Origin: Eledone cirrhosa | Taxonomy: Eukaryota | Reading direction: 5' to 3' | Assembly (NCBI GenBank): GCA_964016885.1 | Contig: OZ024740.1 | Location: 134,478,001 to 134,542,000 of the forward strand | DNA length: 64,000 bases | Part shown: positions 14,260-26,932 of the stretch, piece by piece | How the letters are laid out: each line of letters starts with the position of its first letter | Position numbering within the stretch: position 1 is the stretch's first letter | Program-made: the position numbers and the translations under genes | The notes under the pieces: generated by a model | The model's input: the letters and a program-made list of their open reading frames with translations, nothing else | Told to the model about the DNA's origin: nothing | Database searches by the model: none

Positions 14260-15929
14260 CACTTACCTTACTTCTCGTAGAGGAAGGATGGTTTCTCCAT
14301 CCTTTTCACTGCTTGTGGCCTACTCTGGAAGGATGTCCTTATAAATCCTCCTGGAGAGTGCTTGTAGGAAGTCTCCGATGTCTTTGGGGAATTTTTGTTT
14401 TAGTGTCGTGTACGTTTTCTGTGTGATGCGAGTGATTTGTATGTGTGGAGGTGGTGGGAACTTTTAGGTTGTTGTGTAGTCTTTTTCTGTGATGCTGGTG
14501 TTGTGTTGGATGTAGTGTAATAATTGGTTGTTGTTCAAATTTAATGCTGTGTAGAGTGTATCGTTTTGGTTGTTTTGTTTTGTTTGCGTTTGTTGTGGGT
14601 TTGTTTCTGTTTCGCTGTTTGGTGACTTTGGTGGTGTTAGGGTTAATGATGGTGATGGTGTTGGTGTTTGTGGTGATGGGGTTGGTGATGCTGGTGTGGA
14701 TGGTGGCATAGCTGTCCTAACTTTTTTGTTTGATAGTTTATTTGTTTCCTCTCTGTATTTTATTTTTGGAGGGGGAAGGAAGAGGATTTTTTCTTTTTTT
14801 GGTTTCTTTTTCTTTTTTTCTTTTTTCCTGATACTGTTTCCCATTCCTCGTCGTCACAATCTGTCTCCAGTTGCGATAGGTCGGGGAGTGGAAAATCCTC
14901 CACAGGCGTTGGTTTTGGTTGTGGCGTGGTGGATGGTGTAGGCGCTGGTGCTAGTTCTGGCGCGTTGGGTGGTGGTGATGTTGGTTTTGCTACTGTTGCT
15001 GGGGTTGTTGCTGTTACAGTTGCTTCTGTTGTTGCTGCTACAGTTGTTGCTGCCATTTCTGCTGCTGGTGGTGTTGATGGTTGAGTCACTGGGGTGGGTA
15101 AGAGAGGTGGCCTCAACCTTTTAGCCTGAGGGCAGAAAGCCCTTAGGTGGGTTCCTTCACCACAAACGACACAACTAGGCCTTCTGCCCTCGACGATTAC
15201 GGTGAGGTGGCTGCCGTCAGTGAGGTCTATTACCTCTGGGATCTACTCAATGCTTTTTTGGTCTGCTTGGATCAGGAGCTCCAACCCAGATCCGGACCAG
15301 TTCTCCTGCTTTTCTTTCGCTATTTTGATTATTTTGGTGTTGGCCTCGATGTCGGCGAGGACATTAGCCAGGGAATTTCGATGGCCGGTGGAACGTGGGT
15401 CACCCTGATCTTCACGAGTCTCTGGCCACAATAGCTTAGGACGAGTGTGAAGTCGTCACTTCTTAATGGGGCCATGGGGTGTCCTCTGGCCTCCTGTGGT
15501 GTTTCAAAGAACACGTCCACGGTTCCATATTTCTGCCCACGTCTGATGTGGGGTTTTTTTTGCTCTCACATGTCCCAAAGCTTTTTGGATTTGAGACTCG
15601 GATGCCCGTTCCACTCGGCGCGATTTTATGTTAATCGTCCGATAAGACACGGTGTATAGGCGCCGATGCTCCATTTTATTAGGTGGGACGGTGAGGCTGA
15701 CCCTGTACCCATCTTTCTTTACCATTCTTTTGGCTTCTTCTAACTCCTCCTGAGTTACCTGGATAGCTTCGCACTTTTTTGCTACTCTGGCAAAAGACAG
15801 AGCTTTCTTATTCTCATTGTTGCTGTTGTTGTTATCGTTATTTTTGTTATTGTTAATTTTAGTTTCAGTCGTGGTGGTGGTGGCGTCAGTGGTGTTCGGT
15901 GTGGAAGAGTTCATTCTGGGTGAATTCAT
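14260..15929 (-). pseudogene. LINE ORF1 (fragmented; Thr/Pro-rich and Lys-rich low-complexity regions)
   Basis: Consecutive minus-strand ORF pieces directly upstream of ORF2, including 'LSFARVAKK' and 'VKIRVTHVPPAIEIPWL'. Confidence 0.7.
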
Positions 15930-16402
15930 TTCGATATCACGAGATAATTTATTTTTTCTTTTGTTTCTGTTGTCGCTGTGGTGGTGGTGGAGGTGGCGGC
16001 TTCAACACCTGCAGTCATTGGTAATGGCGGGAAATGAATGTCTGCCTGAGACAAATTTAAAATATTGCTATTGCTTATATTTTTAGTGTTGGCAAACGTA
16101 GTAATATTTACAATGGTGGTGTCGGTGTGAGGTGTTAGTTTGTTAGGAAGGCTCTCAGCTACTTGGTTCAGCTGTCAGTCAGCCATGATTTTTCAAAGAA
16201 AAATCTTCTTTTTTTTATAATTATAAAAGTTTAAATTTTGGGCTCAAGCCCCAATCTTTTTGAGTGTCCTTTTCAGAAAACAATGTATATGCACTTATAT
16301 ACAGTTAACAATAAAAAATTTCCATAAATGGCAATTTTAAACAACTGAAAACAACAAACCTTTGCGGAGCTCACGATGATACGATTTACTACGTAGGTCG
16401 CC

Positions 16403-16452
<50 letters not shown>

Positions 16453-16453
<1 letters not shown>

Positions 16454-16665
16454 TGTTTCTACTTTAGGCACAAGGTCAGCAATTTGAAGGGCAGGGGGAA
16501 ATCGTTTGAACCAACCCCAGTGCATTACTGGTGCTTTATTTTATCGACCCCATAAGAATGAAAGGCAAGTTAACCTCGGCGGGTTTTGAAATCAGAACGT
16601 AAAGGGTCGTAATTCTATGCCACGAAGCATGGTGTCCGACGTTCTATCGATATTGCCAATCCACA
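16453..16665 (-). mobile_element. S1 SINE whose (ATT)n tail abuts the LINE 5' end
   Basis: Reverse complement of the S1 consensus. Confidence 0.8.
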
Positions 16666-17026
16666 TTTAGGCGAAAGCCACATATATCTAGTTAATGAGA
16701 AAGTAGACGATAACGACACCAGTACATGTCCATTACCTACTTTATCGACCTCGCTAAGACTCCAGAATTTTACCGATTTTGTCATCCACCAAAATATATA
16801 AAACTAACAACAATAATAATAATGTCAATTGTGAAGGTTGTGAGGGGGGAGTTTAATAATAAATTTATCTCACATACAATGATAAGACTGACGTTGGGAA
16901 AAATAGAAAAATTGATAAAAGTAATTATTTTTATTTCATCCTGATTTGTATTATCATTGTTCTTTACCGCGCCAAAAGAATTTCTTTCCAGAAAAGATTA
17001 TACGACAGACTACATTCATATGCAAA

Positions 17027-17138
<112 letters not shown>

Positions 17139-17182
17139 GGCTCTACAGGACTAGAACTGTTTCATTCGGGAGAAATCGTCAG

Positions 17183-17233
17183 GGCTTCCTGATGATTACT
17201 CCCGAATGAAACAGTTCTAGTCCTGTAGAAGCC
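17183..17233 (+). ncRNA. Type I hammerhead ribozyme, family A
   Basis: GGCTTC-CTGATGA-ttac tccc gaat-GAAA-CAG-ttctagtc-CTG-TA-GAAGCC. Six-bp stem I, intact core, 3-bp stem III, GUA cleavage triplet. An inverted copy lies immediately upstream (17135-17183). Confidence 0.85.
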
Positions 17234-17616
17234 ATTTCTATATTAAATATTTATACTTTGCTATGTATTGAGTACCTTACTTACTGTGGTTACCCCCGAT
17301 TGAACCTTGGATAAACTTTTATATATATATATATATATAAACGGAAAAAATGAAACGAAATTTCATTTCCCACTCTTAGTACGGCTGTTACTTAAATATA
17401 AGTACGTATACGTACATACATATATGTATACAGACGTATGTATATATATATACATACATGCACACATATATATATATGTACGTATTTTTTCCATTTATCG
17501 TTTTCGGTGCACCCGGCCGATTAACCCACTCGATATGCAAATTGGGCTGCTCAGCCGTTAATATGCATAAGGAAAGTATATACTTTCGGACGTTCAATCA
17601 TCTAGCAGGAAGGTAT

Positions 17617-17659
17617 ACGTTGCTGACGATAGCTAATAAGCTTGAAACTAGTACAGCGT
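17617..17659 (+). ncRNA. Minimal type I hammerhead ribozyme with palindromic stem III, family C
   Basis: ACGTTG-CTGACGA-t-AGCT-aata-AGCT-t-GAAA-C-TA-G-TA-CAGCGT. Six-bp stem I (one G-U), 4-bp stem II, ACTAGT palindrome at stem III, GUA triplet. Confidence 0.85.
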
Positions 17660-17843
17660 TCCTTTGTCAGTGTTGAACAAACGAGCAACGGTGGTTGCTA
17701 GACACTACGGCTTAATACACCGAGCATTATAATAAATGTTCGGTGAATCCATACGTACATATATATATATGTGTGTGCATGTATGTATATATATATACAT
17801 ACTACTGTACGTCTGTATACATATATGTATGTACGCATACATA

Positions 17844-17889
<46 letters not shown>

Positions 17890-17892
17890 AGT

Positions 17893-17990
17893 GGAATGAA
17901 TACAAAGGAGTATATACCGTTAAAACATGTTTATATAAAAACATTTTTATATAAACATGTTTTAACGGTATATACTCATTTGTATTCCTT
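17893..17990. repeat. Head-to-head inverted repeat next to a (TA)n tract
   Basis: gagtatataccgttaaaacatgtttatataaaaa-ca-tttttatataaacatgttttaacggtatatactc, with imperfect outer extensions. Confidence 0.9.
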
Positions 17991-18152
17991 TCTTTTGTAA
18001 CCGGTCTGCTTATATTCTCGCCCAATAAATATTAACGCTTCTAATATTTAACCCTGTAGGCACAAGTATTGAGCACATTTGCACAAGCTATTGGCAACTA
18101 AATATATATGTATCGCTTATCTCTTCTTCTCTCTCTCGATACTTAAATATTC

Positions 18153-18225
<73 letters not shown>

Positions 18226-18380
18226 GAAGAAAAGTAAAAAATTATCCGCACACTCGCCAAAACTCTTCACTTTCAGCGCTCGAGTGTTAAATGGTGGTAT
18301 TCATGTGATTACGTAACCAAGGCTTGATCTTGATTGCTTCAGTTTTGTTTTTTTTGTTTTTTTTTAGTTACAGAGTAAGC

Positions 18381-19325
18381 ATGGGCGTTCCGTTGGCAGT
18401 GTGCACCAATGAAGAACAGAAATCAGTAATCTGATCTCTCTCTAGCCTGAAGATGAGTTAGAGACTGAAATTCATCGCAGGCTTTCAATACAATGCGGAA
18501 ACAACGTTCGATCGCATAGAAGAGTGTATGAATGAATCGAGAAGTTTTAAAATGGTGGAAGCAGTGCATCCATCAACCCCTCAACCTACTGACATGAAGT
18601 TTCAATAAGCTCGAGAGATGGTTCTGACGAACCTACAAATAACCATCGATAAAGTGGCATTTTCTCCGCAAATTAGTCATAGTTCTGCCTACGAAATCAT
18701 CAATGATAAGCTTCGCTTCTGTAAAATCCCCCCCCCCCTTCATGGCCACTTAATATCCTCAGTGTCCCCCAACCCTATTTCCAGAGAGATCTGACCTGCT
18801 TACACGCAAATTGTAAATAATATATAATAAATAAAATCATTAATTTATATATAATGAATAAGATGTATAAATAGTATGTATAAATAATTATATATTTTAT
18901 ATTTTACTATATATATATAATATGTATCATTTGATATTTAATATAGTATTATATCATCTCTACCACACCACCCCCACTCTGCCTTAGGCACCAGAAACAC
19001 CTAGACCTTCCCAATGATCACCAGGGGGTGGTAGCGCCAACATTGAGAACCTTTGGTCTACACCGTTGAAACCATTGAAAAATTGGCTTTCGAGTTGCTG
19101 GAACACCTTGCATAATCCAGTTCTCGTCCATTCGACTATTACCTCTTTAAACCCCTCAAACTTCTATTACGAAGTCGTCAATTTGCTACGGACGAAGAAG
19201 TACAGGAAGCTATGTATAAATGGCAGCGCGACTAGCTGAAAACTTTCTTCTTCGATGGAATAAACAAGCTTGACGACCACTGAAAGAGCTACGTCGAAAA
19301 GCAAGGAGGCTATGTCGAAAATGAT
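18381..19325 (+). pseudogene. mariner-family transposase relic, interrupted at ~18726-19060
   Basis: N-terminal 'EIHRRLSIQCG..VYE*IEKF*NG' and 'ISHSSAYEIINDKLRFCK'. C-terminal 'PFDYYLFKPLK..FATDEEVQEA..TFFFDGINKL..EKQGGYVEK', a decayed YSPDLAPSDY region. Confidence 0.85.
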
Positions 19326-19380
19326 GTCATTCTCAGCTCATGCTTTTGTTTTCATAAATTACATAAGATGTTCAATTTCC

Positions 19381-19426
<46 letters not shown>

Positions 19427-19430
<4 letters not shown>

Positions 19431-19625
19431 AAAAGAGTCAGGACCCCGACGGCTGAGCTCCGGCCGTTCCGACAGCTAGATCCGGACTGTCGGATCTACA
19501 TGTCGAAACGGCCAGAGGTCAGCCGTTGGGGTCCTGACTCTTTTCCTATTACCCATTCTCCTACCCTGAGTATTGAGTACTCTGGTGCGTTATGGTCCAC
19601 CTGGTTCCTTATCACACTTTCTTTG

Positions 19626-19626
<1 letters not shown>
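19427..19626. mobile_element. Short Penelope pLTR-derived palindromic element carrying HHR 3' halves
   Basis: Arms 19427-19486 and 19491-19549 are inverted. The sequence gtcGAAA-CGGC..GCCG-TY-ggggtcctga..gagtactctggtgcgttatggtccacc is homologous to the pLTR end at 26150-26265. Flanked by (TA)n. Confidence 0.8.
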
Positions 19627-19682
<56 letters not shown>

Positions 19683-19685
19683 CTG

Positions 19686-19775
<90 letters not shown>

Positions 19776-20135
19776 TGTGTAAATATTTATACGAATATGT
19801 ATTTATGAATAGATTCATTTGTATAGATTCATATATCTATGTTTACATTTTTTTGCAATAATATATGCAATGAGATGTATACATATATACATAATATATG
19901 CGATGAAATGTATACATATATACATAAAAACACATGCTGGTATACTCACTTAGGTACATGCATATGTACGCCCACATTGATATATAAATCCAGAACATAT
20001 GTGTATGCTTACCCGCTACACACATACATACATGCATATGTGCATCCAAATGCACATATGCATACGTGCACACAAATATATATACACGTACATACCCAAA
20101 TAGAGATATTTATAAATACATGCATACATATATAC

Positions 20136-20206
<71 letters not shown>

Positions 20207-20266
20207 TGCATTTATACATGTATACATACATACACACGTGCTTATCTATGTACACAGATGATAAAT

Positions 20267-20342
<76 letters not shown>

Positions 20343-20397
20343 GCATACATACATACATACATGCATACATACATATATACATCTATACATGCATGCA

Positions 20398-20431
<34 letters not shown>

Positions 20432-20947
20432 CATGCATACATACATATGTATATATACGTGCAAACATACATACATTCCCACATAGACGCGTACTTAACT
20501 ATGTACACAGATTGAAAAATACATGCATACATACATGCCTAAATACATACATACATACACACATACATTCTTATATACATACATACATACATACATACAT
20601 ACATACATACATACATACATACATACATACATACATACATACATACATACATACGCACGCAGCTACGTAGAAACATTGATAAATTCAGACATACAGACAT
20701 GCCTGAAACGAGATAAATGCATACAAGCCAACTGTATGAATGATTTCTAGCTAACGAAATTGTCTTCTGGCCAAACAATATGTCATCTCAGCCAAAACCT
20801 TCGTTTCCACTTCCTTACAGTTAATTAAGCAATACATTCCATTTAAAATTGATATGTTCAATTCCCAGTTTGCTCCCTTGTTTAGCCCTTTTGATCGTTT
20901 CAATTAATTTTCTTTGAACTTTATACTCAATCTAACTGATTGCTGTT

Positions 20948-20999
<52 letters not shown>

Positions 21000-21008
21000 C
21001 ATTGTATT

Positions 21009-21058
<50 letters not shown>

Positions 21059-21132
21059 ATATATATATAATATATATATAATATATATAATATATATATA
21101 TATTATGTATAAATGAAAATATATATATAAAT

Positions 21133-21193
<61 letters not shown>

Positions 21194-21231
21194 GTGTGTG
21201 TGAAAATGTATATATGTATGTGTGTGTATAA

Positions 21232-21308
<77 letters not shown>

Positions 21309-21330
21309 TGTGTGTGTGTATATACAATCA
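19627..21330. repeat. Compound (TA)n/(TG)n/(TACA)n microsatellite region
   Basis: Seen directly. Confidence 0.9.
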
Positions 21331-21567
21331 TACATACGTACGTACCGAATATATATATTATCACGGAGAGTTTTCGTTCGTCTTTATTTGTGTTTCGTTG
21401 CAGTGTTTACTTCACCTTATTATTTCTGTTGTAGAAAGCAGTGAGTTGGGGAGAGAATGTTTCAATGAATTAAGTGTACTTCGAATTGAAAGAGAAGAAT
21501 CTGTTGAAATTTTTTCCTTCTTGTCAATCTGACCAGTTAAATGAACCTAACAGTTCATTTTATCATT

Positions 21568-21645
<78 letters not shown>

Positions 21646-22228
21646 TCTGTGGGTGTGTGAGTGTGTGGGTGTGAATGTATGTGTGTGTGAGTGTGTATGT
21701 GTGTGTGTGACTGTGGGGGGCGGGTGTGTGTGCGGGGGGGGGGTATATATGTGTGTGTGTGTGTGTTAGAGTGTGTGTACGTGTGTTGGTGGTGTTTATT
21801 GTTTATTGTGGGATTGAAGTGTGCGTTGTTTGGTTTGGTTTGGATAGGTTAGGTTTGGTTCTGGGTAGGTCGAAGGTTTGTTTTTATTCCGTAGTGTTAT
21901 TAAAGCAGACTTGCCATCATTCCGTTCTAGATGCTTTGAAGAATCTAGTTTTAGTTAGTGAAAGTCTCTTTTGTTATCCAATATTCGATTCGACCTCAAC
22001 AAGATTTCTTTTCAAAAATGCAGATCTCTGTCTTTTTGTGTGTGTACGTGTGTATGTGTGTGTATGTGTGTGTATGTGTGTGCGTGTGTGTGTGCATGTA
22101 TGCGTGTATGCGTGTGTGTGCGTGTGTGTATGTATGTTTGTGTGTGTAGTGGAACTGTGATTGCAGTTAATACTATCTCTTAGGTCACTCAAATGAAGAA
22201 CAGCACTGCCATCGGAGGTGTCCAGGTA

Positions 22229-22292
<64 letters not shown>

Positions 22293-22671
22293 GTGTGTGT
22301 GTGTGTGTGTGTGTACATATATGCGCAGACATGGCTGTGTTGTTAAGGAGTTTGCGACCATGTGGTTCGAGGTTCGGTCCCACTGCGAAGTACCTTGGGC
22401 ATGTCTTTTACTATATTCTGAAGTTGACCAAATATTCTGTGAATAGAATTTGAAGACTTGAAAATATCAATACTGAGGTTGGTATGATAAACTACATCAA
22501 AGTGGGTCCCAAGCATAGCTGCTATCTAAAGATTGTTGCCAGTAAAAGAATATCACCACCACCCCCACCCCCACACATACTCTCAAGTGCGTGAACCTAA
22601 TAAACCTTTATTTGTCTGCCTTTCTTTTTTGTTCCCGTCTTAATTTGCACTATATATATATATATATATAT

Positions 22672-22855
22672 ATTGCTTCTACTTTTTGGCACAAAGCCAC
22701 CAATTTTCCCAGTGTATTACTGGTACTTTATTTTATCGACCCCGTAAGGATGAAAGGCAAAGTTAACCTCGGCGGGATTTGAACTTAGTCCGTAAAGGGA
22801 CGTAACTGTGCTACAAAACATGGCGCCCGACCCTCTACCGATACTGCCAAACGTC
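22672..22855 (-). mobile_element. S1 SINE
   Basis: Reverse complement of the S1 consensus. Confidence 0.8.
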
Positions 22856-22866
22856 CTTGTTAGCCT

Positions 22867-23128
<262 letters not shown>

Positions 23129-23699
23129 TTATTTTAAAAGAATAACAAGGACGTTTGGTTACACCTTCATTACACTCCCTATATATATATCGGAAAATGT
23201 TCAGGGCCCCGACGGTAGAGCTCAAGCCGTTTCGCCGGCTATATCTGGACTAAATTAAATTTTTAACGTGGTAATCATATGCCCGAACTTTTCAAGGGAT
23301 AATTCCATATATGGGCATGCGATAATCATGCATTTCTGAAGTTTGTAGTTATCAAAAGGATTGGTCAAAGTTTCTTGTAAACACAGTTAAATCTTTCATG
23401 GCGGTGGGTAGTGGGTGGGGGGTGGCTGCACTTTCCTGTAGAACAAAGAGGGAGTGGGTGACCCCGGTCAAGCGTTAAAAGTAAATTCTATACAACAAAT
23501 TCTAAGGAGTGTGGGTGAAGTAGGCTAGCTAGAAAGCAAGCGAAAATAGAATTATACAGTAATCTGAAAATGGGAAATTCTAAAATTAGAAAAAGAACTA
23601 GAGTCTAAAACTGCTGCTTTTTTTTTTAGCTGGTTTTGCGTTTTCAGCCAATGCTATATAGAATTCACGGGGGAGGGGGTACTGAGGCTACAAAAGCGC

Positions 23700-25640
23700 G
23701 AGTCATGAGGGTGTTTGAAGGCAAGGGAAGTCCTGCGCCATTGGTGTTTACATGCGGTTACATGTTCGTACATGCGGTTACAAGTTCGTAAACAGTATTT
23801 GTATTGTTTCCTCCGAGCATAAGCTACACGGACGGCTTCCTCCCGAGTAGGAGTTAGCCTTGGAAAGTAAGCTCCAAGTAAGATGGTATGTGATGTTATT
23901 ATCTTGGAGGTCCCAGATGTGGCCCGAAAGTGTAATGGCATGTTGCCGGGCCGGGTTTCTGAACGTATGTCGGTGTTAGTAGAGCCGGGTCTTAAAGTCA
24001 CAGGGGGTTAATCCTATATAGGCTTTGTTGGAGTTTTCCGTCCTCACGTTGCATTGGTAGATCACGTTGCGTTCTCGGCATCTGTTGTTGAGGGGGCACG
24101 TAGATCTATCAGGGCAGTTATACCCCCTAGTCGACTCTCCACTAATGTCTAGGCTGTTTCTTCTGTAGGAGTTGAGTTTCTTGTTGTTTGAGGAGGCAAT
24201 GATTTGTGCGAAGTTGGGTGTGGTGCTGTAGAAGAGTTTGATAGTGTTTTTGTTGATTATGTTGAGGTAGCGGTGTTGTGGTGGGGAGTGTTTTTCGAGG
24301 AATCTAAAAAAGATTTTGCCGATTGGTGTTGCAACCTCGGCATTGTGGGGAGGATTGATCCACGTTACGTGGCGTGAGCGGTAGCGTCGCCTGTTGGTTC
24401 CTCTAGGGGAGCCTGGGTAAAATGAGATCTCCTCCCAAAAGCCGCTTCGCTTGAGGGCCTGGTTGTAATACGGCGCATGTTCATTGAATATCTGTTCATT
24501 AGCGGACAAACGAGATATGCGGAGGGAGATGTTTTTAACCAGGTTATTGGTGATGTTTCTAGGATGGTTAGAGCGGCGGTGGATGTAGTGTAGGTTGTCG
24601 TTTGGTTTCCCGTATGGGTAGTACAGATCATTTTCGAGGTTGAGGGTAACGTCCAGGAAATTGGCTCGGGTTAGGGACGTCTGTGGGAAACATTTCGGTG
24701 AGTTTATGTAGTAAGAATAATCCTATAAGATCGGTCACCTCCGCCGAGTCGGCCATACTGATGTCGAAGTGGGAGTCGAGAGCTCTCTTTATCGAATTGG
24801 AGTTATCGAAGAGGAGGACTGTATTTCTGGCATGGAAAATGATGTTTCTTTCCTGGTCGGTGATGGGTATAAGGGTTTTTTGCAAAGTCCAAAGCGGCTG
24901 TAAAGAGCGGTAGGGTAATAGAGGCGTAATAGCTCTCTATGTCGAACTGGATGAATTTGGTGTCCTGTTTATCCTCAATATTCCTGAACCATGAGATGAC
25001 TTCCTGGGTGCTGACCCAAAGGCTAAGTCTCGCGTTTTGCTTGACTTTTGTTATAACGCGGTCTAGGATCTTTTTGCTGATTCTCCCTATATCCGACTTC
25101 GTCGGGTTTATAAGCCTGATGGATGGTTTGCGGTTGAAGTCGGATTTATGGTCCTTCAGGGTGAAGTAGGGATTCCGTGGGTCGAGAGGTTCAGTACGGT
25201 CAGCAACCCCGAGGCTGGAGGTAATGTGTTGTCCATCTAGATTTATGTCGTGGATTAAAGAATGGTTTGCCTTTTTGTAGGTCGAGTTCAGGCTGCTCCT
25301 GATAAGTGTGTGGTATCTGTCAGGGTTGACGAAATAGAGGTTTCCAGTTTTGTCCGAATGCACCAGGATGTCGTTGGTGCTTTCATACTCCGTTATTTTG
25401 CTACGGAGTTGTTGTAGGAATCGGTTGTGTCTGGGTTTGAATTTTATACTCTTGAGCAGGTGAAAGAGGTCATTCTCGAAGGGGGAGAGCAGAGGGTTCG
25501 GTGGGGGAGATTTGTAGGTATTGAATCCGAATATCTCCTTGGTGTCGAAGTCCAGGTTGTCGCGGTATCTATCGTAGAAGAATGTTCTCCGTCTCAATGT
25601 TTTCGTAAACTGGTCGATTTTTTACGTGAGCATCCGTAGG
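23700..25640 (-). pseudogene. Penelope-type reverse transcriptase + GIY-YIG endonuclease (frameshifted)
   Basis: 'RLINPTKSDIGRISKKIL', 'IQFDIESYYASI', 'VTWINPPHN', 'CPLNNRCRERNVIYQCNV..KAYIGLT..FKTRL' (VIY..YIG). The catalytic YxDD region appears to be deleted. Confidence 0.9.
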
Positions 25641-26086
25641 TAAAGTTTTCTCGGTGGAACTCTAGTTCTTTTTTTAATTTTAGAACTCGCTTTTGTAGCC
25701 TCAGTACCCCCTCCCCCGTGAATTCTATATAGCATTGGCTGAAAACGCAAAACCAGCTAAAAAAAAAAAGCAGCAGTTTTAGACTCTAGTTCTTTTTCTA
25801 ATTTTAGAATTTCCCATTTTCAGATTACTGTATAATTCTATTTTCGCTTGCTTTCTAGCTAGCCTACTTCACCCACACTCCTTAGAATTTGTTGTATAGA
25901 ATTTACTTTTAACGCTTGACCGGGGTCACCCACTCCCTCTTTGTTCTACAGGAAAGTGCAGCCACCCCACACCCACTACCCACCGCCATGAAAGATTTAA
26001 CTGTGTTTACAAAAAACTTTGACCAATCCTTTTCATAACTACAAACTTCAGAAATGCATGATTATCGCATGCCCATATATGGAATT

Positions 26087-26181
26087 ATCCCTTGAAAAGT
26101 TCGGGCATATCATTACCACGCTAAAAATTTAATTTAGTCCAGGTATAGCCGTCGAAACGGCTTGAGCTCTGCCGTCGGGGT
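26087..26181 (+). ncRNA. Degenerate HHR-like motif in the Penelope pLTR (mirror copy on minus at ~23206-23300)
   Basis: ATCCC-TTGAAAA-(long stem II region)-GAAA-CGG-cttgagctctg-CCG-TC-GGGGT. The 3' half is canonical; the 5' core differs from CUGANGA at two positions. Confidence 0.45.
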
Positions 26182-26311
26182 CCTGAACCTTTTCCTATTA
26201 CCTACTCTACTACCCAAAGTATCGAGTACTCTGGTGCGTTATGGTCCACCGGGTTCCTTACTTTCTTTCGTTTTATATATATATATGTATATATATATAT
26301 ATTATATATAT

Positions 26312-26482
26312 AATTGTTTCTACCTTTGGCACAAGGCCAGCAATTACCCAGTGTATTACTGGTACTTTATTTTATCGACCCCCGTAAGGATGAAAGGCAA
26401 AGTTAACCTCGGCGGGATTTGAACTCAGACTATAAAGGGCCGTAACTCTTTGCTGCAAAGCATGGCGTCCGACCCTCTACCA
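26312..26482 (-). mobile_element. S1 SINE
   Basis: Reverse complement of the S1 consensus. Confidence 0.8.
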
Positions 26483-26932
26483 CATATATATATAATATAC
26501 ATATATAGTTGTCAGGTCGCTCCCGAGCGCTACTGGTAACATCTAACCGACTACAGCTTGATACATGGACGTATTGTCTGCGTTTGAGCCATGATGTTTG
26601 GACATGTTGCTGGATGAGAAATAAAACCTATCAATGTGTGTAAAAAATGAGTAGACAGAACTCGTTAGCCATGGCTGGCAGTCTGTCTAGGAGAAGGGTC
26701 ACTTTGATTTCAAACCTGGGAGAGATAGGGCTTTTTAGTCACGATTGTAACAACCCTTCATGTGGCCATAGCTTCCTTTTTGTCATGAAGGTGGATGAGC
26801 TGCAGCTCTGTAGCCAGCTTCCGAGTAATGGTCGAAAGAGGATTCGAGACCCACCGACGTCACATTTTCTCCTTATAGCTCTGGTTGCTATTCACTCAGT
26901 CAATGATTTTATAAGAACCGTCTGTGAGAAAT

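Larger units (their letters stand above)
11220..16402 (-). mobile_element. Near full-length L1/Tx1-clade non-LTR retrotransposon (disrupted)
   Basis: ORF1 followed by an APE-RT-zinc finger ORF2, AATAAA near the 3' end, and (AAT)n tracts on both sides (11161-11218 and 16403-16453). Confidence 0.9.
23192..26272 (-). mobile_element. Penelope-like element with inverted pseudo-LTRs
   Basis: An RT + GIY-YIG ORF flanked by ~500-bp inverted repeats (23192-23698 and 25688-26195). The right arm has an extra ~75-bp tail. Both ends lie in (TA)n. Confidence 0.9.

Noticed and set aside
26505-26921. RTE-like 5' UTR, or an HDV-like ribozyme in this stretch or at the LINE 5' end (~16350-16402)
   Set aside because: gtctaggagaagg..ttcaaacc resembles RTE 5' UTRs, but I could not build the nested double pseudoknot by eye in either place.
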